Made by a program: the position numbers and the translations under genes. A stretch of DNA of 32,000 nt, taken from assembly GCA_041659405.1 (NCBI GenBank), contig JBAZYK010000001.1, positions 60,001 to 92,000 of the forward strand, written 5' to 3'. Position 1 is the first letter of the stretch, and each line of letters begins with the position of its first letter. Shown piece after piece: positions 18,075 to 25,373 of this stretch. The notes under the pieces are model-generated. The model saw only the letters and a list, made by a program, of their open reading frames with translations, ran no database searches and was not told the origin of the DNA. Origin of the DNA: Candidatus Altimarinota bacterium (lineage in GTDB: Bacteria > Patescibacteriota > Gracilibacteria > UBA1369).

Positions 18075-18180
18075 AACAGGGCATAATGCCGATGCGCGTA
18101 CGTATGCGGGTGCGCTGAAATTAAAAAACTCCGCACATAAAATTATATTCTCAAAAAATTTATTTATTTATTTCAAACTT

Positions 18181-18546
18181 ATGACAACGCAAAATCCCAC
18201 ACAGGCTGGCCAACAAAACGCTTTTCAATCACAACAAAATTCACAACAAACAACGCAGGGCGCGACTCAGCCAGAAGGCCAAACTCGTCTAAAATGCAAG
18301 AATCCGACTTGCGCAAAAGAATTTTTGGTCATCCCCCAGGAAAAAAACTTCTACATCAAAAAACAATTGCCTATGCCTGACTTTTGCCCGGCCTGCCGCC
18401 ATCAACAGCGCATGGCACTCCGCGCGGAACGCAAACTTTATTCACGTAAATGCGATAAATGCAGCAATTCGATGCTCTCAACTTATCCAAACGACGCTCC
18501 ATATAAAATTTACTGCCAAAAATGTTTCTGGGAAAATATTGGGTAG
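18181..18546 (+). CDS. Zinc-ribbon-like protein; resembles the N-terminal half of the same Cys-rich family
   Basis: LKCKNPTCAKEFLVIPQEKNFYIKKQLPMPDFCPACRHQQRMALRAERKLYSRKCDKCSNSMLSTYPNDAPYKIYCQKCFW after a Gln-rich N-terminus. Confidence 0.8.
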   Translation: MTTQNPTQAGQQNAFQSQQNSQQTTQGATQPEGQTRLKCKNPTCAKEFLVIPQEKNFYIKKQLPMPDFCPACRHQQRMALRAERKLYSRKCDKCSNSMLSTYPNDAPYKIYCQKCFWENIG

Positions 18547-18570
18547 CCAATGGCCTAAAAATCGTCCCTG

Positions 18571-20124
18571 CTACTCCTCAAACTTGTAGGTCATGTTTGG
18601 GTCAAGGTTGAATGTGTCTCCTTTATCGTGAGAAGTTGCCTTGCGAATAATGACGTCGGTAAAAGATTCGGCGTGATTTGGAGTGGTCTTTTCAACCGAC
18701 TCTTCCTCTTCACCATCATTTGGAAATTTCTTTTCAAGATTGAATTCCGGTAAAACCGCCGCTTTTTCAACTTCCGGTTCCGGCTTTGGCATAGCGGTAA
18801 ATCCGCTCATGAAATCGTTTGCTGTGGCAGTTGGATTGGCTTTTTCCGCTGGCGCTGATTGGCCTATTTGTCCAAACTGCGGGATTTGCCCAGTTTGCAT
18901 TGTTGGCCCGGGCATTTGTGCGCCCCCACCCAGTTGACCTGCTCCTGTAGCCTCCTCTTCCGTTTCTGATAATTTCAAATGTTCCTTTTGGAAAGCTTTG
19001 ATTTTTTCGATCACCATGGCTTCGGTTCCGGCAAGATCGTTGCTTTGAATTTTGAATCCTGCGGCTTGCACATGCCCTCCGCCGCCAAACATTCCGGCAA
19101 TTTTGCTGGCATCAATACTGGCTGAAGTCGTACGAACACTTCCGGAAATAACTCCATCCGTTTTTTGTTTCAATAATAAAACAACTTCCGTCCCCGGTGC
19201 ATTTGTAAGAAGTTCGTCAATAATTCCACCTGTTTCATCTTCGCGACTTTCGGTATCGGAAAAATCTTTCAGACTTAAAGTTGTCCAAACAAATCGGTAT
19301 TTTTGGTCCAGTTTAATATTGGTCAAAATGCGACCCCAAAGCCGTAAAGTGGATAGATGCTTGGTCTTAAAAACGTGTTTAATAATTTCCTGTTGGCGCG
19401 CTCCATATTTAATCAATTTCGCAGAAGCGGCAAAAGATCTTGGCGTGGTATTGGCGTTTTGGAAACTGCCTGTATCGGTAATAATTCCAGCCAATAAAAG
19501 TGTAGCTACATCTTCATCAAATAATTCCACATTAGTGCGCTGTTCCATTTCTTCGATCAATGGCAAAAGGATTTCTGTTGTAGCAGAAGCCATAATATCG
19601 ACCAAATTTATTTTTCCAAAATTATCATTGGAAGCGTGATGATCAATATTAATAACCGGCAAACTGGTAAAAAGTTCAGGATTGTCCTCATAAAAACGGC
19701 CGAGTTGAACAAGATCGCCGGTATCCACCGTAACAATCACGTCATATTTGCTTGGACCGTGGTGAAAAGAAACTTCATCGGCAGAAAATTGGCCTTTTTT
19801 GGCAGTGACAATAATATTAACTTTATTGTTTTCGAGTTTGGTTTTAATAGTGTCGATTTTGGCTTTGGCACAATCAATAGTCACAATAAAATCGGGCGAA
19901 GCGGTCAGATCTTCATGAATAACATTAGTCGTTGGAAGAAACTGAAAAGCTTCGGGAACAGGTTCCGGACTTACCACTGTCACTTCTTTGCCAAGTTTTT
20001 TTAGGATCAAATAAAGCGCTAAAGCGCTGCCCAAAGAATCGCCATCGGCAGGCGCAGAAGGCATAACCAGAATGCTCTTACTCTGCAATAAAATGTCGGT
20101 GATTTGTTTGCGAATTTGGTCCAT
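18571..20124 (-). CDS. nrnA: DHH/DHHA1 phosphoesterase, NrnA-like, with long C-terminal extension
   Basis: MPSAPADGDSLGSALALYLILKKLG, VDCAKA, VTVDTGDLVQLGRF, INIDHHASNDNFG, LLLAGIITDTGSFQNANTTPRSF, GGGGHVQAAGF-type GMFGGGGHVQAAGFKI. Confidence 0.88.
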   Translation of the reverse strand: MDQIRKQITDILLQSKSILVMPSAPADGDSLGSALALYLILKKLGKEVTVVSPEPVPEAFQFLPTTNVIHEDLTASPDFIVTIDCAKAKIDTIKTKLENNKVNIIVTAKKGQFSADEVSFHHGPSKYDVIVTVDTGDLVQLGRFYEDNPELFTSLPVINIDHHASNDNFGKINLVDIMASATTEILLPLIEEMEQRTNVELFDEDVATLLLAGIITDTGSFQNANTTPRSFAASAKLIKYGARQQEIIKHVFKTKHLSTLRLWGRILTNIKLDQKYRFVWTTLSLKDFSDTESREDETGGIIDELLTNAPGTEVVLLLKQKTDGVISGSVRTTSASIDASKIAGMFGGGGHVQAAGFKIQSNDLAGTEAMVIEKIKAFQKEHLKLSETEEEATGAGQLGGGAQMPGPTMQTGQIPQFGQIGQSAPAEKANPTATANDFMSGFTAMPKPEPEVEKAAVLPEFNLEKKFPNDGEEEESVEKTTPNHAESFTDVIIRKATSHDKGDTFNLDPNMTYKFEE

Positions 20125-20161
20125 AAACTAATTTGGGAGAACTGGAGATCCGAGAGGAACT

Positions 20162-20178
20162 GAATCCGGATTCGAATC
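20162..20178. promoter_or_regulatory. Overlapping palindromes GAATCCGGATTC and GATTCGAATC
   Basis: Sequence GAATCCGGATTCGAATC, located just downstream of the nrnA -10. Confidence 0.35.
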
Positions 20179-20187
20179 TATCGGTTA

Positions 20188-20216
20188 ATTATAATATATT
20201 TTTCAGGATTGGTCAA
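20188..20216 (-). promoter_or_regulatory. Sigma70-like promoter for the nrnA-like gene
   Basis: TTGACC (20211-20216), 17-nt spacer, TATAAT (20188-20193). Confidence 0.7.
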
Positions 20217-20330
20217 TGGTGCGTTCTCTCTCATGTCAAATGCGACATAGCGAATTGATGGGAGTCTGCACGTAACACTTGCGTGACGAAGAGCCCACTT
20301 TAGCAAAGCAAAAGAACGAAAGCAATAGTC

Positions 20331-20372
20331 AAAAAAAACCTCTCCAATGAATTTTTCAAGGGAGAGGCTTTT
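20331..20372 (-). terminator. Intrinsic terminator after the 150-aa ORF
   Basis: Minus strand: GCCTCTCCcttgaaaaattcattGGAGAGGTTTTTTT. Confidence 0.85.
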
Positions 20373-20396
20373 GATAGTAGTGATCGAAGGAAAAGG

Positions 20397-20849
20397 TTAA
20401 GCTTTTACTTCAACTCCGTTTTTTGCTTCAGCGGCGGCTTCAGCTTCAGCCTTGGCTTGGGCTTCGTCTTCGGCTTCAGTAGTTAAAAAGTGAAATGCTG
20501 CCTCAAGGTCAGCTGGCATGGAAAGAAAATCTTTAGCCAATTTACCCGATCTAAAACACATATCATTATCATCAAATTCAACCACTCGATTTCCAACTTG
20601 AATGCTCATGGTTTGCACTCCTTTTACCCCTACATCCTGTAATTTTTTCATAATTTCTCCAGCGAACTCGGCTGGAGAGAGGTCTTCAGGTTGAGCGATA
20701 GCACCCATGGCGCTAGCTCCAATAGAAGCACTTTCTGTTCGTTCGGCAGCTGGACGTTCAGCGGTTAGTTGTTCATCGACTGAACTTGGGGCAACCACAT
20801 CTGCGCCATTTACTTCACCTGAAAGTTCTGGTTTTTGGGGATTAGACAT
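20397..20849 (-). CDS. Hypothetical protein (150 aa), Ala/Glu-rich C-terminus
   Basis: Intact ORF followed by a strong terminator on the same strand; no recognised domain. Confidence 0.7.
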   Translation of the reverse strand: MSNPQKPELSGEVNGADVVAPSSVDEQLTAERPAAERTESASIGASAMGAIAQPEDLSPAEFAGEIMKKLQDVGVKGVQTMSIQVGNRVVEFDDNDMCFRSGKLAKDFLSMPADLEAAFHFLTTEAEDEAQAKAEAEAAAEAKNGVEVKA

Positions 20850-20867
20850 GTATTTAAAATTATAGAA

Positions 20868-21032
20868 TTAATCACGCGAAACTATACTATTTACTGCAAA
20901 TATGTCAAGGGTTGCTTTTTCAAAAACTCCTGGTGGAGTAAGCTGCCGCGCTTCAGCCCGAGTAATCAGCGTTCCAATAAACGTGATTATTACGGCCTGT
21001 CCCAAAAAAAGTAAGGTGATAAGGAATTTCAT
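20868..21032 (-). CDS. Possible 54-aa membrane/secreted peptide MKFLITLLFLGQAVIITFIGTLITRAEARQLTPPGVFEKATLDIFAVNSIVSRD
   Basis: Manual translation; lies between recJ and the 150-aa ORF on the same strand with an 18-nt gap; below the ORF-track length cutoff. No clear Shine-Dalgarno. Confidence 0.35.
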   Translation of the reverse strand: MKFLITLLFLGQAVIITFIGTLITRAEARQLTPPGVFEKATLDIFAVNSIVSRD

Positions 21033-21159
21033 AAATTGTGTTAGATGTAGATACCTTTAATAACGCGCATTCATAAAAAGCATTACAAAAAATCGCACTT
21101 TGATTTAGTGTGCAAGATATTATCCGACTGGTGGAGTTCTGTGAACTTGCGTTTCTTCT

Positions 21160-22902
21160 CTACTCCGCTGCCTTAAAATCGACTGCCCTTAGCTGTAAAT
21201 GGCTTGTGCCTTTCCAGTCGTTTTTTTCAAGATGGCAAACTAAATCAATTGGAGAGCCTTCGGCCAGCATGTTTTCGTGCTCACCCAATTTGAAGGCGAT
21301 TACCGGAATTCTTTTTACACTGCCCGAGTTTTGTCCCGAAATTTCGGCTTTAAAATGGAGGTGATTTTGCTCTTTGCCTACACGTTTTGGCAGAAGCGGT
21401 CGAACTCCACGAAATAAAAATAATGGCTGTTCATTGCTGACACCGAAAGGCTCCATCTGCTCCAAAAAAGTCATCAGATTTTCATTGATGTCATCCGCGG
21501 AAAGTTCACAATCAATATTTAAACTTGGGCGCACTGTTGCCATTGGCAGTTTTCCTTGGGCATAAGCGCTCATGGCCTCAATGAATCCTGGTAATTTTTC
21601 TTTGCGGATATTAAATCCGGCAGCCTGGGCATGGCCTCCAAAATGTTCAAGGTGGTCACGATGGGCTGTTAAAGCTTCAACCACATTAAAAAATTCCGGA
21701 CTGCGTGCGGAAGCCACTAAATAATCCCCAAAATCCTGAAGAATCATACTTGGCATTGTATATTTTTCGGCGATTTTTGCCGCAATCAATCCCAAAATCC
21801 CAACATGCCAATCAGGGCTTGAGGCAATGAAAATTTTGACTCCGTTACTTGTCTGGTTTGTGCCGTTTTTTAAATGGTCCTGATCTTTCTGAAATTGTTC
21901 TTCGGCTTCAATCATGGCTTTTATAACCATCTGCTGACGTTCCTGATTTAATTTTTCCAAATGCAGAGCCAGAAGTTTGCCTTTTGCCACGTCATCATTC
22001 AGCAAAAGTTGCAGCGCGTAATAAGGGTGATCAATGCGACCGGCGGCATTAAGACGCGGAGAAATGCGGAAACCAATCGTATTAATATCAATTTTTTCAT
22101 CAGGCAGAACACCGGAAAGTTCTTTTAAAGACTGCAATCCCGGCCATTTGGTATTTTTCAAAGCTTCCAATCCGTACTTTACAATAATGCGGTTTTCGCC
22201 CTGAAGCGGGCCAATATCGGCAACCGTTCCAAGACTCGCCAAATCGAACAATGAAAATAAATATTCATCGCGCTCTTCACCTTCAAACTTGTCGGTAATT
22301 AGCGCGGAAGCCAGTTTTAAAGCCACTCCTGCGCCGGTTAATCCCTTAAAAGGATAATTACAATCGGGCTGCCCGGGATGCAAAATGGCATAGGCCTGAT
22401 CAGGAATACTTTCCGGAATGGTGTGGTGATCCGTAATGATAACGTCAATACCGTGCATTTTGGCCAGCGCGATCTGGTTTTTGCAGGAAATTCCACAATC
22501 AACAGTAATAACAAGCGTGACACCGACCTTGGCAAAATCTTCAACAAAGGCGTTGCTTAAGCCATAACCATCTTTAACACGATGTGGTAATCGATATGAA
22601 ATTCGGGCACCCAAAATCTGCAAAGTTTTAACTAAAATCGCCGTTCCGCTGATTCCATCAACGTCATAATCGCCAAAAATAATAATTTTTTCTTTGTCGG
22701 CGATGGCTTTTTTAATTCTTTCCACGGCCCGGTCCATGTTTTTCATTACAAACGGGTTGTGAAAGCCCTTTTTGTAGTTTGGCGAAAGATACGCCTGAAT
22801 CTGATCTTTATCGGTTAATCCTCTGTTTGCCAATAATTTTTGGATCACGTTTTTTTCGGGATCGGCATTTTTGATATTCCAATTTTTGTTGAGGACGGAC
22901 AC
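21160..22902 (-). CDS. recJ: Single-stranded-DNA-specific exonuclease RecJ
   Basis: IIIFGDYDVDGISGTAILVKTL, YRLPHRVKDGYGL, LVITVDCGISC, VIITDHHTIP, GLTGAGVALKLA, GTVADIGPLQGENR, RISPRLNAAGRI, GHAQAAGFNI. Confidence 0.96.
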   Translation of the reverse strand: MSVLNKNWNIKNADPEKNVIQKLLANRGLTDKDQIQAYLSPNYKKGFHNPFVMKNMDRAVERIKKAIADKEKIIIFGDYDVDGISGTAILVKTLQILGARISYRLPHRVKDGYGLSNAFVEDFAKVGVTLVITVDCGISCKNQIALAKMHGIDVIITDHHTIPESIPDQAYAILHPGQPDCNYPFKGLTGAGVALKLASALITDKFEGEERDEYLFSLFDLASLGTVADIGPLQGENRIIVKYGLEALKNTKWPGLQSLKELSGVLPDEKIDINTIGFRISPRLNAAGRIDHPYYALQLLLNDDVAKGKLLALHLEKLNQERQQMVIKAMIEAEEQFQKDQDHLKNGTNQTSNGVKIFIASSPDWHVGILGLIAAKIAEKYTMPSMILQDFGDYLVASARSPEFFNVVEALTAHRDHLEHFGGHAQAAGFNIRKEKLPGFIEAMSAYAQGKLPMATVRPSLNIDCELSADDINENLMTFLEQMEPFGVSNEQPLFLFRGVRPLLPKRVGKEQNHLHFKAEISGQNSGSVKRIPVIAFKLGEHENMLAEGSPIDLVCHLEKNDWKGTSHLQLRAVDFKAAE

Positions 22903-22942
22903 GGAAATTCAATTAGTGATTAGCAATTTTTCGATTTATGAT

Positions 22943-23890
22943 TTAGGAGATTGGATTTTTATTTCCCGAATCCTGTTTTTCCAATTCTGCGCCCTGAATC
23001 CAATGAATATTTTTATATTTTTTGAACCAGGTGAGCTGACGTTTGGCGTAATTGCGGGTATTTTGTTTGATTGTTTCAACCGCTTCTTCCAATGGGCATT
23101 CACCCCTTACAAAAGGGCCTAATTCTTTATAACCGAGAGAGGACATTGAAGGCAATGTTTCTTTATATCCTTTCAATAAAAGTGTTTTAAATTCATTCAA
23201 AAGTCCACGATTAATCTGATTATCCACACGCTGATTTATCCTTGCGTAAAGCTCTTCGCGCGGCCAGTCAATTCCGATCACAAAAACATTAAAAGCCGGC
23301 TCGCCTTTGGTGTCGATTTTGCGTGTGTTTCCGGCAAGATTAATTTCCAAAGCACGAATCACATAACGAATATTGTTGGGATGAATTCGTTTTGCCGCCT
23401 GTGGATCTTTTTCCTGAAGTATTTTATATAAAGCTTCAATGCCGTTTTTTTCGCAGAATTCAGTCATTTCCTGACGCAACTTTGGATTTGGCGGGACCTC
23501 GGGAATCTGATAATTTTGAATGATGGCGTTAATATAAAGTCCGGTTCCACCAACTAACATTGGAATGTGTTTGCGACGATAAATTTCATCGATTGTTTTA
23601 AGGGCGAGCCTTTTATAATCCGCGAGTGTAAATTCCTCGGTTGGTTCCAAAAAATCCAATAAATGATGAGGAACGCCTTCCTGCTGCGGTGGAAGAATCT
23701 TGTCCGTGCCAATATCCATGTATTTGTAAACCTGGCGAGAATCGGTGGAAATTATTTCTCCATGATAAAGTTTAGCTATTTTTAAGCTTAATGCCGTTTT
23801 TCCCGAGGCTGTTGGCCCTAAAACCACAATGAGCGGTTTTTTATTTTCAAGATTTTGGAGAAAATCTTGGAGTTCTTTAAAAATATCCAT
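22943..23890 (-). CDS. miaA: tRNA dimethylallyltransferase
   Basis: LVVLGPTASGKTALSLKIAKLYHGEIISTDSRQVYKYMDIGTDKI, VPHHLLDFLEP, PMLVGGTGLYINAIIQN, RNYAKRQLTWFKK. Confidence 0.96.
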   Translation of the reverse strand: MDIFKELQDFLQNLENKKPLIVVLGPTASGKTALSLKIAKLYHGEIISTDSRQVYKYMDIGTDKILPPQQEGVPHHLLDFLEPTEEFTLADYKRLALKTIDEIYRRKHIPMLVGGTGLYINAIIQNYQIPEVPPNPKLRQEMTEFCEKNGIEALYKILQEKDPQAAKRIHPNNIRYVIRALEINLAGNTRKIDTKGEPAFNVFVIGIDWPREELYARINQRVDNQINRGLLNEFKTLLLKGYKETLPSMSSLGYKELGPFVRGECPLEEAVETIKQNTRNYAKRQLTWFKKYKNIHWIQGAELEKQDSGNKNPIS

Positions 23891-24005
23891 TTGAATGTTG
23901 AGATTGTTGGTTAGATAGAGCCTGCTCTGCTAGCGGTAGCAATAAACACTTTGTCCATAGCGGACTGATTCTAGAGCTTTTATCTTCAATTGTCGACTAA
24001 TTATC

Positions 24006-24034
24006 TTGACAGGAATAGGAAATTTCCATATATT
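24006..24034 (+). promoter_or_regulatory. Promoter of the rplJ-rplL operon
   Basis: TTGACA (24006-24011), 17-nt spacer, TATATT (24029-24034). The spacer holds the 10-bp palindrome GGAAATTTCC (24018-24027). Confidence 0.75.
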
Positions 24035-24039
24035 TTCCG

Positions 24040-24275
24040 GCGTCAGAGACAGTAGGTCCGCTTTTGGGAACTTGTGATATAAGAAAGGTCGAATCATTAA
24101 GCCAAAACTATAAATCCTGCCGAGACCAGACACAAGGCGTAGCCGAAGTGTCCCTAAAAAGGAAGCGAGCCGCAAGGCAAGCAACCCGGAACGGAGTGGA
24201 AGCCAATAGGCCAAAACAAAGTTCCCTAGGATTGTTCTCAACTGTCATGACTGTTGAGATTTTTTTAAATTATTC
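24040..24275 (+). ncRNA. Ribosomal protein L10 leader (autoregulatory cis-RNA)
   Basis: AGACAGTAGGT...AAATCCTGCCGAGACC core of L10 leaders with AGTAGG/CCTGC pairing, nested TTTTGG (24062-24067)/CCAAAA (24102-24107), directly upstream of rplJ and ending in a terminator. Confidence 0.8.
24236..24266 (+). terminator. Attenuator/intrinsic terminator in the L10 leader
   Basis: TCTCAAC tGTCATGACt GTTGAGA followed by TTTTTTT, 10 nt before the rplJ ATG. Confidence 0.8.
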
Positions 24276-24276
24276 T

Positions 24277-24807
24277 ATGGCTGTTACAAAGGCAAAAAAA
24301 TCCGAAGTCCTAAACGAACTAAATGAAAAGTTCGCAAAAGCAAAAGCAATTTATTTTGCTCAGAACAAAGGTCTTCCGGTAAAAAAGATTACTGATCTTC
24401 GCAAAAAACTCTACAAGGATGGTGTTGAAATGATGGTAGCAAAAAAGACTCTTATTCGTCTTTCAGCTAAAAACAACAATCTGCCAGAGATCCCGGATAG
24501 TATGATGGAAGGTGCCGTTTCGGCTTCTTTCAGCTACTTGGACGTGGTTGCTCCAGCTCGTCTTTTGTATCAATTTTCGAAAACTAACGAAAATTTACAA
24601 TTACTTGGCGCAATCGTTGATGGCAAATTGATGAGCAAAGCCGAAGTTAATCAGTTAGCTACATTACCTTCACGTGAAGTATTGTTGGCAAAATTGGTTG
24701 GCAGTATGAAGTCTCCTATTTCCGGTCTTCACGGAGTACTTTCCGGTGTTATGCGTAAATTTGTTTACAGTCTTAAAGCTGTACACGATAAAAAAGCTTC
24801 AGCTTAG
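24277..24807 (+). CDS. rplJ: 50S ribosomal protein L10
   Basis: MAVTKAKKSEVLNELNEKFAKAKAIYFAQNKGLPVKKITDLRKKLYKDGVEMMVAKKTLIRLSAKNNN...; start at 24277 after the leader terminator. Confidence 0.93.
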   Translation: MAVTKAKKSEVLNELNEKFAKAKAIYFAQNKGLPVKKITDLRKKLYKDGVEMMVAKKTLIRLSAKNNNLPEIPDSMMEGAVSASFSYLDVVAPARLLYQFSKTNENLQLLGAIVDGKLMSKAEVNQLATLPSREVLLAKLVGSMKSPISGLHGVLSGVMRKFVYSLKAVHDKKASA

Positions 24808-24885
24808 TTTGAAGCCGGACTCGCCCGGTGCGAGCGGTTATTATCACGAAAATTCTAAATATTTATTTCATAATTTATTACTCAA

Positions 24886-25275
24886 ATGGCAGACGTAACT
24901 CTTAGCAAGGATGCAGAAAAAATCCTTGAAATGGTTGAACAACTTACAGTTCTCGACCTTGCAAACCTGGTAAAGGCAATGGAAGAAAAATTCGGTGTTA
25001 GCGCAGCAGCTCCAGTTATGATGGCAGCAGCAGGTGGCGCAGCAGCTCCAGCTGAAGAAGAATCAGCTACTGTTACAGTTACACTTCTTTCATCAGGTGC
25101 ACAAAAAATCAACGTAATCAAAGCGGTTCGTGAGGTTACAGGTCTTGGTCTTAAAGAAGCTAAAGACTTAGTTGATGGCGCTCCAAAGCCAGTTAAAGAA
25201 GGAGTACCACGCGACGAAGCAGCTAAAATGAAGAAAGCTTTGGAAGACGCAGGCGCAACAGTTGAGGTTAAATAG
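24886..25275 (+). CDS. rplL: 50S ribosomal protein L7/L12
   Basis: [31 protein letters not shown]...[56 protein letters not shown]. Confidence 0.98.
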   Translation: MADVTLSKDAEKILEMVEQLTVLDLANLVKAMEEKFGVSAAAPVMMAAAGGAAAPAEEESATVTVTLLSSGAQKINVIKAVREVTGLGLKEAKDLVDGAPKPVKEGVPRDEAAKMKKALEDAGATVEVK

Positions 25276-25300
25276 TTAGAGACTCAAAAAATATAAATTA

Positions 25301-25331
25301 AAAAGCCCCGGAATTTTTCGGGGCTTTTTTT
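25301..25331. terminator. Intrinsic terminator after rplL (bidirectional)
   Basis: aaaAGCCCCGgaatttttCGGGGCTttttttt-type hairpin between convergent genes. Confidence 0.92.
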
Positions 25332-25373
25332 GATGATTGATTTAAGGATGAAGAAAATTTTGAGACCTGATAT

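Noticed and set aside
18075-18180. A frameshift joining the two Cys-rich ORFs into one normal gene
   Set aside because: The modules are in the opposite order to the expected N-to-C order, so a simple frameshift or stop read-through would not restore the family architecture.
18683-20004. + strand ORFs of 84, 195 and 122 aa opposite the nrnA-like gene
   Set aside because: Shadow frames of the strongly supported DHH-family CDS.
20162-20190. tRNA T-arm-like word GATTCGAATC
   Set aside because: No acceptor, D-arm or anticodon arm can be built around it; it reads better as a palindrome near the promoter.
23930-24241. Minus 103-aa ORF and the + strand N-terminal extension of L10 (24064-24276)
   Set aside because: Both overlap the L10 leader and promoter; L10 starts at 24277 after the terminator.
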